From Deltaproteobacteria bacterium (GTDB lineage: Bacteria > Bdellovibrionota > JACOXK01): a DNA stretch of 64,000 nt. Of this stretch, positions 22,715 through 38,894 are shown in pieces. Below the pieces are notes generated by a model that did no database searches, was not told where the DNA came from, and saw nothing but the letters and a program-made list of their open reading frames with translations. Numbering within the stretch: position 1 is the stretch's first letter; the number at the start of each line of letters is the position of its first letter. The stretch spans positions 2,970 through 66,969 of the forward strand of contig JACPKQ010000010.1 in assembly GCA_016186995.1 (NCBI GenBank). Direction: 5' to 3'. A program made the translations under genes and the position numbers.

Positions 22715-23317
22715 AAAGAATCATACAATACCACTTTATACACAGACCCCATTTTCCCTTAAATGTTGAAATCTTGTGAATAAACATGTTGAAATCTTGT
22801 GTTTTGAGTGTTGAGCTGATGTTAAAGCAATCTCACAATAAACAGATTTTCACACTATATTCACATGTGTATAAACACATAAAATATTAATAATTTTAAT
22901 AAGTTAGGCAGGCTATAAACATTTTCACAGTTTGTTACATAAAGTTAAATTTTGTTTTATTCACAGCTTTTCAACCTGTTTTTAGAAGAAGAATTCACAT
23001 TTTAAGAAATCCACATAAATCCACAGTTTTTAAGCCTCGGTTTTTAGAACAAAGGTTAATATTTAATAATTTAAATTTTTTATTTCTTAAGTTGTTTACA
23101 CAAGTGTGTATAAGTTTGTGGATATGTTCGTGTTGCAAAATAAAACCAAGATGTATACACTGATCCACAGCTATTAACAGACAGGGTGTCGATGATATTT
23201 ATCTTTAATTTTAATAAGTTAGGCAGGCTATAAACATTTTCACAGGGTTTACTACTACTACTGTATTTATATATTAAGTGATTAATAATAACTACAAGTT
23301 GTGAATAAGGAGGAATC
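22715..23317. other. Replication origin oriC (dnaA-dnaN intergenic region)
   Basis: DnaA boxes TTATNCACA at 22736-22744 and 22957-22965, reverse at 22775-22783, 22866-22874, 23105-23113 and 23300-23308; near-matches at 23007, 23017, 23117 and 23161. DnaA-trio tract TACTACTACTACT 23250-23262 is followed by an AT-rich stretch. Confidence 0.92.
22891..23245 (+). repeat. Perfect 40-bp direct repeat in oriC (22891-22930 and 23206-23245)
   Basis: TAATTTTAATAAGTTAGGCAGGCTATAAACATTTTCACAG occurs twice, 315 bp apart. Confidence 0.9.
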
Positions 23318-29353
<6,036 letters not shown>

Positions 29354-29370
<17 letters not shown>

Positions 29371-30154
29371 TCTTTGGGTTTTATCCCCACTTTTTTTCAT
29401 TTTTATTTCTTGTACAACTGAATCACAAATAGAAAAACAATTTGCTTACGCCCAAGAGCTTGTTATTAAAAAAAAATATAAAGAAGCTATTGATGCTTAT
29501 TCTAAAATAGCAAAATTAAGAAAGTTTAAAGATCTTTCCGAAAAATCCATGATGAATATGGCCTCTGTTCATTATTTTTACTTAAAAGATAATGAAAATG
29601 CATTTCATATACTTGATGGTCTTGTTCAAAGATCATCAGATATTACAAGAATTATTAAAGCCCTAAGAATGAAAGCCTATATTTATCATTACTCTATTAA
29701 AGATTTTGAAAAAGCCCTTATGGAGTATCAAAAAGTTTTGGACTTTGATCTGACACATAGAGAAAAATCGGAAGTTCTCTTTGAAATTGCAGAATGTTAT
29801 TTTTTATTGAACCAATATGACCAGGCTCGTGTAGAGTTTTTAAAATCTTCAGAGTTGACTCAAGATATTCTTTTAAAAGAAAGAATTTCTTATGAGGTTG
29901 CAACAAGCTATTTTTTAGAATCCCAATACGAAAAAGCAGAAGCTACTTATAAAGATCATCAACGTCTATTTTCAAAAGGAAAATATGATTTACAAGTGTC
30001 TTTAAACCTCGCTAAGTCATTAGAATCACAAGAAAAACTTAAAGAGGCTATTCTCATTTACAAAGAAATTTTAAAAGATAATCCTAAACAACAAATTGCA
30101 GTACTAAAACTTAAAAAAGTAGAAGAAAGGTATAAAATCAAGGGGCTCAAGTGA
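29354..30154 (+). CDS. Tetratricopeptide-repeat lipoprotein
   Basis: Start placed at MKKKSS; lipobox FISC; multiple TPR-like helices (AECYF..YDQA). Confidence 0.75.
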
Positions 30155-30372
30155 AGCAACTTGACAGTCAAAAATTTCGGTCTTATGCAATGATTTCGGC
30201 TCTAGCCCTCCAACTCGTAACAAATATTGTTATAGGAATATTTGTTGGAATGTGGTTAGACAAAAAATGGGGTACAACCCCATTTTTACTTTTGATTTGT
30301 ATTCTTCTCTTTGGGTCTGTAGGTATGATTATGTTTATACGAGGGGTTTCAAGATTTAAAAATGGAAAATAG
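30151..30372 (+). CDS. AtpZ/AtpI-family protein
   Basis: GMWLDKKWGTTP motif, two TMs, upstream of atpB. Confidence 0.85.
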   Translation: MKQLDSQKFRSYAMISALALQLVTNIVIGIFVGMWLDKKWGTTPFLLLICILLFGSVGMIMFIRGVSRFKNGK

Positions 30373-30739
30373 TTTAAAAACCATTACTCAAATTCAAAAA
30401 TCTATGGGCGTTCTTTTATTAATAGTACTTGTCATCAGTTCTTATTTTAAACCAGAGTTTAAATGGGTTTTAAGTGTTTTTATAGGGGGGCTTCTCATAA
30501 ATCTTAATTTTTGGGTTCTTCAAAAAGCGCTTCACTTTTTTCTTCTTCAAAGCCAAGCACAGAAACTTAAGATGTATTTATTTTTGTTTTTAAAATTGCT
30601 TCTTTTTATGATTATATTGGGAGCTGGAGCAGTTTATTTTAAAGAAAATATTATAGGGTTTGTCTTGGGGCTTTCTGTTTTGTTTATGGCGCTTATTTAT
30701 GAATTTTTAAAAGGGGTTTTTGTCCATGGGGCACCATAA
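30362..30739 (+). CDS. atpI: ATP synthase subunit I
   Basis: Four TMs, GGLLINLNF, GFVLGLS; precedes atpB. Confidence 0.75.
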   Translation: MENSLKTITQIQKSMGVLLLIVLVISSYFKPEFKWVLSVFIGGLLINLNFWVLQKALHFFLLQSQAQKLKMYLFLFLKLLLFMIILGAGAVYFKENIIGFVLGLSVLFMALIYEFLKGVFVHGAP

Positions 30740-31424
30740 TACATGGTTTGATCTTATTCCTGGATTTTCAGAGCTGCACATCCCATGGTGGATCACCATG
30801 ATGGTGTTTACTATTTGTATTCTTGTTGTGGTCGCTATTCTTGCTAAAATGGTAGGCCATTTTGATGAAAAAAAACTTTTTCCTGATGAGGGTTTTTCAC
30901 TTAGAAATATTTTAGAAGTTATTATTGAAGGGCTTCTTTCTTTTATAAAATCTATTTTAGGTGAAAAAGGAGTTCTCTATTTTCCTCTTTTAGGAACCCT
31001 TTTTATTTTTATTTTTACAGCTAATATTCTAGGGCTTATTCCTGGTTTTTTACCACCCACAAGCCACATTATTGTTAACCTCGGTTGTTCTCTGGTTGTT
31101 TTTGTTTATTATAATTATTTAGGTTTTAAATTGAATGGAACCGCCTATTTAAAACATTTTATGGGGCCTGTTATCTGGTTAGCCCCTCTTATGGTCGTTG
31201 TTGAAGTGATTGGTCACAGTGTTCGCCCCGCTTCTTTGGCCTTAAGACTTTTTGGAAACATTAATGGTGACCACATGCTGGTGGGTACTATTGGTCATTT
31301 AGTTCCACTGGGCGCTACCATTCCATTTTTGTTTTTAGGTTTGTTCGTTTCTTTTCTACAGGCTTTTATATTTACTTTATTAACCATGGTGTATATAAGT
31401 ATGTCTACAGCACACGATCATTAA
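30726..31424 (+). CDS. atpB: ATP synthase F0 subunit a
   Basis: RPASLALRLFGN and LQAFIFTLL motifs. Confidence 0.97.
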   Translation: MGHHNTWFDLIPGFSELHIPWWITMMVFTICILVVVAILAKMVGHFDEKKLFPDEGFSLRNILEVIIEGLLSFIKSILGEKGVLYFPLLGTLFIFIFTANILGLIPGFLPPTSHIIVNLGCSLVVFVYYNYLGFKLNGTAYLKHFMGPVIWLAPLMVVVEVIGHSVRPASLALRLFGNINGDHMLVGTIGHLVPLGATIPFLFLGLFVSFLQAFIFTLLTMVYISMSTAHDH

Positions 31425-31436
31425 GGAGGAATATTC

Positions 31437-31757
31437 ATGAAGAAAGTCGGTATGTTTGTTAGTTTTTTAGTTATTGGGTTAATATCTCAAGCTTTTGCAG
31501 CTGAAGGTGAAGTAAGTGCAGTGGGGGATTCAGTTAAAATGTTTGCAGCATTAGCTGCAGGCTTAGGAATAGGTTTTGCAGCTGCTTTTGGTGCTTTAGG
31601 ACAAGCAAAAACAACAGCTGCTGCTCTTGAAGGAATTGCAAGGAATCCCAATGCAGCTGATAAAATGTTTACACCTATGATTATCGGGCTTGCTCTGATT
31701 GAAACACTGGTTATTTATACACTTGTTATAGCATTTATGCTTATAGGTAAAATTTAA
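31437..31757 (+). CDS. atpE: ATP synthase F0 subunit c with N-terminal leader
   Basis: GLGIGFAA..GQ, ARNP loop, IETLVIY; AAGGAGG SD. Confidence 0.97.
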   Translation: MKKVGMFVSFLVIGLISQAFAAEGEVSAVGDSVKMFAALAAGLGIGFAAAFGALGQAKTTAAALEGIARNPNAADKMFTPMIIGLALIETLVIYTLVIAFMLIGKI

Positions 31758-31780
31758 GTTATCTTGAGGAATCAATTTAG

Positions 31781-31812
31781 AAGGCCGGGGGATAAAATTC
31801 CCGGCCTTTTTT
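31781..31812 (+). terminator. Rho-independent terminator after atpE
   Basis: AAGGCCGGG..CCCGGCCTT stem followed by a T-run; lies between convergent atpE and uvrA. Confidence 0.85.
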
Positions 31813-31827
31813 ATTTCTATCTTATAT

Positions 31828-34638
31828 TTATAAAAGCTTTTGTTTTAAGAAGTATCCTGTGTGGGAGTTTTTGTTTTTAAGGATTTCATGGGTAGGACCA
31901 AAAAAGACAACTTCACCACCCTTTTCCCCACCTTCTCTGCCAATGTCGATAATGTAATCTGAGTGAGCAACCACATCTAGCTGGTGTTCTATAACAATAA
32001 CCGTGTTTCCTTGATCAACCAAACTTCTTAAAATTTTAAGAAGTTTATTAATATCATCAAAGTGAAGCCCTGTGGTAGGTTCATCTAAAATATAAAGTGT
32101 TTTTCCAGTAGATCTTTTAGAAAGTTCTTTAGCTAGTTTAATGCGTTGTGCTTCACCACCCGAAAGAGTTGGTGCTTGTTGTCCTAAACGAATGTATCCT
32201 AAACCCACTTCTTGAAGAGTGTGAAGCTTTTTTTGAATTTGAGGTATGTTTTTAAAAACTTCTGAAGCATCATCTATAGTAAGATCAAGAATTTCCGCAA
32301 TATTTTTTTCTTTAAAAGTAACTTGAAGAGTTTCAAGATTGTATCTTTTTCCTTCACACTTTTGACATTGTACAAAAACATTGGGGAGAAAGTGCATTTC
32401 GATTTTGATCATACCTGCGCCTTCACACATTTCACATCGTCCACCGGAAACATTAAAAGAAAACCTTCCCGAACCAAAGCCCCTTATTTTTGAAAGTGGA
32501 AGGCTTGCAAAAAAATCACGCAGTGGAGCAAAAATACCCGTATAAGTTGCCGGATTTGATCTGGGTGTTTTTCCAATGGGAGATTGATCTACACAAATAA
32601 CCTTATCCAAATTCTCAATTCCTGTAATGGATTTTAGTTTTGAATGAAGCGGAATCTTTGAATTGTAAAAATAGTTATTTAGGTGTGGAAGAAGCGTGTC
32701 CATAATAAGTGAGCTTTTTCCAGAGCCCGACACCCCCGTAACACAAATGAAGTTACCAAGTGGAATTTCAACATTAATGTTTTTAAGATTGCGTGTTTCT
32801 ACCCCCATAAGGGTTAGTTTTTTAGAATATAACTTCGCTTTTTCAGAAAGCTTTTTTGCAGTTGTAACCTGTTTTTCTCCAGAAAGATATTGTCCAGTCA
32901 GAGACTTTTTATTTTTTTTAATATTTTGAGGGGTATCAAAACTAACGACTTTTCCTCCAAGCTCTCCAGCGCGTGGGCCCATATCAAGAAGATAATCAGC
33001 TTGAAGAATAGTATCTTCGTCATGTTCAACAATAATGAGTGTATTCCCAAGATCTTTGAGAGCCTTAAGAGAGTTTAAAAGTTTGTGATGATCTCGCGGA
33101 TGAAGCCCTATAGAGGGCTCATCAAGAACATAAAGAACGCCTGTAAGGTACGAACCTAGTTGTGAGGCCAATTTAATGCGTTGTGCCTCGCCTGTAGAAA
33201 GGGTTGAGGTAGATCTTGAAAGGGTTAAATAGTGAAGCCCTATTTTTTCGAGAAAGCCAAGTCTTTCAAGAATTTCATTTTTAATTTTTTCGCCTATTTG
33301 TTTTTGTTTTTCTGTTAAAGTCCACTTTTCTATAAGTTGTATAGCTTTTGAGATAGAAGCATTACAAACATCCCCAATATGAGAATCATTTATTTTAATG
33401 GAAAGTGCTTCTTTTTTAAGTCTTTCTCCACCACAAGAAGGGCATGGGATTTTATCAAAATACTCTGCAATTCTTTCTCTTTTTTTCTCTGAGTTTGTTT
33501 CCAAATATGTTCTTTTTAAATAAGGAACAACACCTTCAAATGATTCTTTAAAAGTGTATATTTTACCGTCACGCTCATATTCAAAAGAGACTTTTTCTTG
33601 TGAACCATAAAGAATGATGTTTTGTTGGTTGGTCTCCAGTTTTTTCCAGGCGGTTTCTCTTGGAATATCAAAATGCTTTGTGACAGACTCAAGAATTTTA
33701 ATATAATTTGAAGAATTCCAGGGCCTAATAGCACCACTTTTAAGGCTTAAGCTTGTATTAGGAATAATAAGGCTTTCGTCCGGCGCATCTTTTTTTTCTC
33801 CCAACCCCTCGCATTCAGGACATGCCCCATAAGGGCTATTAAAAGAAAAAAAGCGTGGTTCTAATTCTGGAAAACTAAACTGACACTTTGAACAACCCAT
33901 TTTTGTATTAAAAAGAAGATCTTCTTGGGTATCTAAATTATGAATAAGGACGCTTCCTTTAGATATAAAGTTAGCTTGATCTAAAGATTTTTGAAGTCGA
34001 GCACTAACAGTTGGTTCTAAAATGAGCTGATCAACAAGAAGATCTAAATCATGATTTATATTTTTCTTTAAATCTATTTTTTCTGTAAAACTTCTCAAAA
34101 TGCCGTCTATTCTTATTTTTGAAAAACCCTTTTTTTGAAACATTTCAATTTCTTTTTTAAACTGCCCCTTCCTTCCTTGAACAAGAGGTGCAAAAACATA
34201 AATTTTTGTATTTTGAGGAAGTTTTAGTATTTCTTCTTGAATAGAAGGAAGTGAAGAGTTTGAAATTTTTCCATGCCCATGTGGGCAATATGCAACACCT
34301 GCCTTTGCATAAAGAAGCCGTAAATAATCATAAATTTCTGTAGCTGTTCCTACAGTTGAGCGTGGGTTTTTAAAAATGGATTTTTGATCAATAGCAATGG
34401 CTGCAGAAAGCCCATCTATTGAATCAACATCTGGTTTTTTAAGTTGGTCTAAAAACTGTCTGGCATAAGAAGAGAGTGATTCCATGTATCTTCTTTGTCC
34501 TTCTGCATAAATAGTATCAAAGGCTAAAGAACTTTTTCCAGAGCCCGACACCCCTGTGATAACAGTTATTTTATTTCTAGGAATAGAAATCGAAATATTT
34601 TTAAGGTTATGCTCCCTTGCCCCACGGATATGTATCAT
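31828..34638 (-). CDS. uvrA: Excinuclease ABC subunit A
   Basis: Two GVSGSGKS ABC domains, zinc fingers, LSGGEAQR. Confidence 0.98.
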   Translation of the reverse strand: MIHIRGAREHNLKNISISIPRNKITVITGVSGSGKSSLAFDTIYAEGQRRYMESLSSYARQFLDQLKKPDVDSIDGLSAAIAIDQKSIFKNPRSTVGTATEIYDYLRLLYAKAGVAYCPHGHGKISNSSLPSIQEEILKLPQNTKIYVFAPLVQGRKGQFKKEIEMFQKKGFSKIRIDGILRSFTEKIDLKKNINHDLDLLVDQLILEPTVSARLQKSLDQANFISKGSVLIHNLDTQEDLLFNTKMGCSKCQFSFPELEPRFFSFNSPYGACPECEGLGEKKDAPDESLIIPNTSLSLKSGAIRPWNSSNYIKILESVTKHFDIPRETAWKKLETNQQNIILYGSQEKVSFEYERDGKIYTFKESFEGVVPYLKRTYLETNSEKKRERIAEYFDKIPCPSCGGERLKKEALSIKINDSHIGDVCNASISKAIQLIEKWTLTEKQKQIGEKIKNEILERLGFLEKIGLHYLTLSRSTSTLSTGEAQRIKLASQLGSYLTGVLYVLDEPSIGLHPRDHHKLLNSLKALKDLGNTLIIVEHDEDTILQADYLLDMGPRAGELGGKVVSFDTPQNIKKNKKSLTGQYLSGEKQVTTAKKLSEKAKLYSKKLTLMGVETRNLKNINVEIPLGNFICVTGVSGSGKSSLIMDTLLPHLNNYFYNSKIPLHSKLKSITGIENLDKVICVDQSPIGKTPRSNPATYTGIFAPLRDFFASLPLSKIRGFGSGRFSFNVSGGRCEMCEGAGMIKIEMHFLPNVFVQCQKCEGKRYNLETLQVTFKEKNIAEILDLTIDDASEVFKNIPQIQKKLHTLQEVGLGYIRLGQQAPTLSGGEAQRIKLAKELSKRSTGKTLYILDEPTTGLHFDDINKLLKILRSLVDQGNTVIVIEHQLDVVAHSDYIIDIGREGGEKGGEVVFFGPTHEILKNKNSHTGYFLKQKLL

Positions 34639-36002
34639 AGTGTTTTTAAAGCAGCTTCAACCTTGTTTTGAAGCTCAATAAGCCTTTCTGGGGTTTTTGC
34701 TTCAAAGCGCATCACAAGAATGGGTTGTGTATTTGAAGGACGAATAAGCCCCCACCCATCTCCAAATTGAATGCGAATGCCATCAATAGAGATAATGGGA
34801 TAATCTTTTGAAAAATGCTTTTTAAGCGATGCTACAATTTTAAACTTTTGGTGATCATCTGAAGGAACGCGTATTTCTGGGGTTGAATAGTATTTTGGGT
34901 AATCTTTTGTATGATCTGAAAGTTTTTTATTGGAATGAATGAGAATTTCTAAAAGACGGCAACTTGCGTATAGTGCATCATCATAACCAAAATAACGATC
35001 TTTAAAAAAGATATGCCCACTCATTTCCCCAGCTATATCAGCGTTTTCTTCGCGCAGTTTATCTTTAATAAAAGAATGCCCTGTTTTCCACATAATGGCT
35101 TTACCACCCATATTTTTAATAACTTCGTAAAGAGAGTTAGAGCATTTAACTTCACCTATGACAGTAACACTCTTTTTTTGTTTGAAAATTTCTTGGGCAA
35201 AAAGGGTTAATAGTGTGTCACCCCAAATAATTTCACCCCCTTCATTTACAACGCCAATGCGGTCTGCATCGCCATCATAAGCAATGCCCACATCAGCCTG
35301 CTCTTCTAAAACCCAATGAATAAGAGAAATTAAATTTTCTTCGATACTTGGATCGGGGTGGTGGTTTGGAAAAGTGCCATCTACCTCAGAAAAAAGTTCA
35401 CAGGTTTTAAATCCAAAAGATTTAATAAGTTTAGGTGCAACCAAGGCAGCAGTTCCATTGCCTGAATCAATCACAACTTTGATGTTTCTATTAAGGTCTT
35501 TATTTTGAAGAAGCAGAGGGAATCGCTTATGAAGGTGTTCTATGTAGGAATCTACAATGGGCTTTTCACGTTTTGTAACACTTCCTTTTGCATCTCTATA
35601 TTTTTCTTTTTCAATTACTTTTTTAAGTTCTTGAATTTCTTCACCATGAAGTGATTTTTTACCCAAGCAAATTTTAAAACCGTTATATTCAGACGGGTTG
35701 TGTGAACCAGTAATCATAATACCACCATCTAAGTTGTCGTTAAAAATACTAAAATAAAGAAGTGGTGTTGGACACATGCCGATATTTATGACATGAAGAC
35801 CGCTTTCCAAAAGACCCTTTTCTAAAGCTTTGGCGTATTTTAAAGAAGTAAGCCTGCAGTCATACCCCACAGAAACTTTTTGACCGGGCACAAGGCTTAA
35901 AGCATAGGCTTTACCTAAGTGATAGGCAAATTCTTTATTAAAGTCTTTATCTGCAATCCCACGAATATCGTAAGCTCTAAAAATTTCAGAAGTTACTTTC
36001 AT
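34635..36002 (-). CDS. Phosphomannomutase/phosphoglucomutase
   Basis: IFRAYDIRG, TGSHNP, DGDADR and GEMSGH motifs. Confidence 0.95.
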   Translation of the reverse strand: MKVTSEIFRAYDIRGIADKDFNKEFAYHLGKAYALSLVPGQKVSVGYDCRLTSLKYAKALEKGLLESGLHVINIGMCPTPLLYFSIFNDNLDGGIMITGSHNPSEYNGFKICLGKKSLHGEEIQELKKVIEKEKYRDAKGSVTKREKPIVDSYIEHLHKRFPLLLQNKDLNRNIKVVIDSGNGTAALVAPKLIKSFGFKTCELFSEVDGTFPNHHPDPSIEENLISLIHWVLEEQADVGIAYDGDADRIGVVNEGGEIIWGDTLLTLFAQEIFKQKKSVTVIGEVKCSNSLYEVIKNMGGKAIMWKTGHSFIKDKLREENADIAGEMSGHIFFKDRYFGYDDALYASCRLLEILIHSNKKLSDHTKDYPKYYSTPEIRVPSDDHQKFKIVASLKKHFSKDYPIISIDGIRIQFGDGWGLIRPSNTQPILVMRFEAKTPERLIELQNKVEAALKTL

Positions 36003-36837
36003 TTTTCAAAGCCTCTAAGGTTACTTTTAAGGCATACAGAAAACTTTTTGGGTTGGCCATGTTTTTTCCAATAAGGTCAGGGGCTGTACCATGATCAACC
36101 GTTGTTCTTAAAAAAGGAAGCCCCAAGGTAACGCCACAAGAATCAAAAAAGCTAAGTGTTTTCAATGGGATAAGTCCTTGATCGTGATAAAGTGAAATAA
36201 CTGCATGGGCCTTGTTTTCTAAAGCTTTGAAAAAGATGGTGTCTGGTGAAAAAGGTCCAAAGATTTTAATTCCTTTTTTTTGGGTTAAGGAAAGTGTGGG
36301 TTTAAGAGTTTTTTCTTCCTCATTTCCAAAAAGTCCACCTTCTCCACAATGTGGGTTAAGTCCACAAAGATAAAGGAGTGGGTTTTTGATTCCAAAATAT
36401 TTTTGCAAACCTCGGTGTGTATTTTCAATGGTTGTTATTATTTTTTCTTGGGTGAGTTGAGAGGCTACGTTTTTCAAGGCGATATGGGTTGTGACAAGAG
36501 CAACCTTTAAATGAGGGCTTGTAAAAAACATAGTGGGCTTTGAATTTGTCTGAGTTGCTAAAATTTCTGTGTGCCCTACACCACCCAAATCTTCTTTTGT
36601 TGTTGGAAATGTCAAAAGAGCCTGATTTTCTTTTTTAAGACAGCTTTGAATAGCTTTTTCAATTACTTTTTGGCTGTTTTCTTTTATAAAATTTATTTTA
36701 CCTGGAAAAGGTTTTTTAATGTTTGTAAAAAGTGTAATATCAGCTTTTTTAAAAACAACTGTGTTATAGGATTTTTCTAATATTTCTTTTCCTACCCCAC
36801 TTTCTTTACATAAAGTAACAGCTATTTTAGGTTTCAT
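35986..36837 (-). CDS. pdxA: 4-hydroxythreonine-4-phosphate dehydrogenase PdxA family
   Basis: GHTE, GLNPHCGE, YHDQG and RTTVDHGTA motifs; surA-pdxA synteny. Confidence 0.88.
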   Translation of the reverse strand: MKPKIAVTLCKESGVGKEILEKSYNTVVFKKADITLFTNIKKPFPGKINFIKENSQKVIEKAIQSCLKKENQALLTFPTTKEDLGGVGHTEILATQTNSKPTMFFTSPHLKVALVTTHIALKNVASQLTQEKIITTIENTHRGLQKYFGIKNPLLYLCGLNPHCGEGGLFGNEEEKTLKPTLSLTQKKGIKIFGPFSPDTIFFKALENKAHAVISLYHDQGLIPLKTLSFFDSCGVTLGLPFLRTTVDHGTAPDLIGKNMANPKSFLYALKVTLEALKNESNF

Positions 36838-36843
36838 TTTATC

Positions 36844-37752
36844 TTAGAGAAGAATTTTAATGGTCGCTTTTTCTCTTTGTTTTTGAATAAACTCGTGCTG
36901 AACGCTCAAAATTTTTTCTTGAAAAAGATTTTGATGAATCTGCTCTTTTGCTTGGCTTGGAAGATCGATGTGAATAATATGATAACCATTTTGGGTTTTA
37001 AAAAGAGAGCTAATGTTTCCTATTTTCATTTTATTAATTTGTTTTTCAAACTCAGGAATCATTTGTCCTTTTGTAAAAACGCCCAAATCACCACCCGATG
37101 AGGCAAAAGGTCCTTCAGAATATTTTTTTGCTAAATCTTCAAACGGTGCCCCCTTTTTAAACTCATCAGTTACTTTTTGAGCTAGTTCAGTATTCTTTGT
37201 TTTAAAAAAAACCTGTTTAACTTGAAATTGCTTTAAATTTTTAGCAATGTTGGGGTGGGTTGCATAGAAGTTATAAATATCTTTATCAGTTATTTTAACT
37301 TTGGAAATTTCTGGACCCAAAAGTTTTCTAATTTCAATTTCGCCCTTAAGTCTTTTTTTATATTGAGCAATGGTGAAGCCTTCTTTTTTAATAGCTTCTT
37401 CAAATTCTTTTTCTGTCATTCCAAATCGTTCAACAGTTTCTTTAAAGTAAGAATCAACTTCTTTTTGTGAGGCACTAAGGCCTTTTTCTTGAAGGGTTTG
37501 GTTTAAGAGTTCATCATTAATAAGAAGTTCTAAAATGGCGGAATTTGATTTAAGGGCTTCTTTTTCAAAGGGAAGCTTTTCAGATTTTTTCTTTAGCTCA
37601 TTTTTTTTAATCCTTATATCTGAATAAAGAATAACTTTATTGTTAACCTGAGCTATAATTCGATCAACAAGCGTATCCTGCTTGGTTTTAGCCAAGGCGC
37701 CATCAGAAAGTAAAAGTGCTAAAAAAAGAGTTAAAAACTGTATTTTTCTCAT
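36844..37752 (-). CDS. surA: SurA-like chaperone / parvulin PPIase
   Basis: Signal peptide, VDRIIAQVN, FEDLAKKYS..GGDLG..GYHII; start at MRKIQ. Confidence 0.8.
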   Translation of the reverse strand: MRKIQFLTLFLALLLSDGALAKTKQDTLVDRIIAQVNNKVILYSDIRIKKNELKKKSEKLPFEKEALKSNSAILELLINDELLNQTLQEKGLSASQKEVDSYFKETVERFGMTEKEFEEAIKKEGFTIAQYKKRLKGEIEIRKLLGPEISKVKITDKDIYNFYATHPNIAKNLKQFQVKQVFFKTKNTELAQKVTDEFKKGAPFEDLAKKYSEGPFASSGGDLGVFTKGQMIPEFEKQINKMKIGNISSLFKTQNGYHIIHIDLPSQAKEQIHQNLFQEKILSVQHEFIQKQREKATIKILL

Positions 37753-37959
37753 AAAAATGAGAATAGTAAGTCTATCCTTTTTTGTAAAGCCTCGGCTAAA
37801 TGTATATTCTGCTCCTATTTCCAAAACCCGTAGATTCTATGGGATTTCAAAAACCTTTACCTTGAGGCATTGCCTTGGGTGGTTACGCTATAAAAAGACT
37901 ACTTACACGAGCAAATCTTGCTACAAATCCTTCCCAAGTTTCTAGTTGGAATGTGTACT

Positions 37960-37987
37960 TGTCATTCCAGCGAAGGCTGGAATCCAG
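37960..37987 (+). repeat. REP/dRS3-like palindrome, copy A (TGTCATTCCAGCGAAGGCTGGAATCCAG)
   Basis: Hairpin ATTCCAGC-GAAG-GCTGGAAT; identical copy at 57960, inverted copy at 38996. Confidence 0.85.
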
Positions 37988-38016
37988 AACACAGATACTA
38001 AGATGAAAGTCACATA

Positions 38017-38044
38017 TGTTATTCCTGTACAGGTGGGAAGCCAC
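38017..38044 (+). repeat. Degenerate REP-like copy
   Basis: TGTTATTCCTGTACAGGTGGGAAGCCAC, 19/28 identical to copy A by manual alignment. Confidence 0.45.
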
Positions 38045-38171
38045 AGGCGCTAAGTCTGATAGTTAAACGTACTTTATGAGTTGATAAATCTAAATTTAAA
38101 AACTCAACAAATTAAAACTTGTTTTTGTTTAAATGATTTGAGTAAATGTGCAAAAGCACATTGGACAAAAA

Positions 38172-38894
38172 ATGGAACTATATTCGATTCTTACGATAAT
38201 TTTTATTTTTTCTATTATTCAATCAGTGATGGGAGTAGGTCTTCTTGTATTTGGTACCCCAACGCTATTATTGTGTGGATTGTCATTCCACGAAACCTTA
38301 GGAATTGTACTTCCACCATCGATTATTATTAGCTTAATGCAGGTTTGTGAAGCTAAAGTTCCTTCAAAGGACTATTTTAAGTCAGAATTTAATAAATTTT
38401 GCCTCCCTTTTGTATTAGTGGGAATGGCTATTGCATTGACATTGGCACAATCAGTCGATTTTAAATATTTTGTGGGAATCATGCTCATTATCAGCGGAAG
38501 TATAAGGCTTTTTAAACAATTTGAGGCAATCTTAATTAAGGTAATCAAGAAAAACAGAAAACTATATCAAGTGCTAATGGGATTAATTCATGGGTTAACA
38601 AATATGGGGGGCGGATTGCTTGTTCTTTTTTCTTCTTCAATGCATCATAATAAATTGGACATACGATCAGGCGTTGCTTATGGATATTTATTTATGGGGA
38701 CACTTCAATATTTAACTCTCCTTATCTATGATATATCTTTTCTGAAATTTAATATTCTATTTTATATAATAACTGCTACTTTGACCTATGGTGTTTTGGG
38801 AAAACGGTTATTTTATAGAACACATGAAAGTATTTTTCAAAAAATGATTACATCAATAATTTTTCTTTATGGCATAATACTGTTTGTTAAATGA
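38172..38894 (+). CDS. TSUP/TauE-SafE-family membrane transporter
   Basis: About 8 TMs, QSVMGVG..FGTP and GLIHGLTNMGG motifs; antisense to the flanking genes; start at MELYS. Confidence 0.72.
   Translation: MELYSILTIIFIFSIIQSVMGVGLLVFGTPTLLLCGLSFHETLGIVLPPSIIISLMQVCEAKVPSKDYFKSEFNKFCLPFVLVGMAIALTLAQSVDFKYFVGIMLIISGSIRLFKQFEAILIKVIKKNRKLYQVLMGLIHGLTNMGGGLLVLFSSSMHHNKLDIRSGVAYGYLFMGTLQYLTLLIYDISFLKFNILFYIITATLTYGVLGKRLFYRTHESIFQKMITSIIFLYGIILFVK

Noticed and set aside
37817..37882. Near-direct repeats ATTTC(C/A)AAAACC and small hairpins upstream of surA, and the REP copies, as a possible CRISPR remnant
   Set aside because: Only two short imperfect units, no regular repeat-spacer period and no cas genes.
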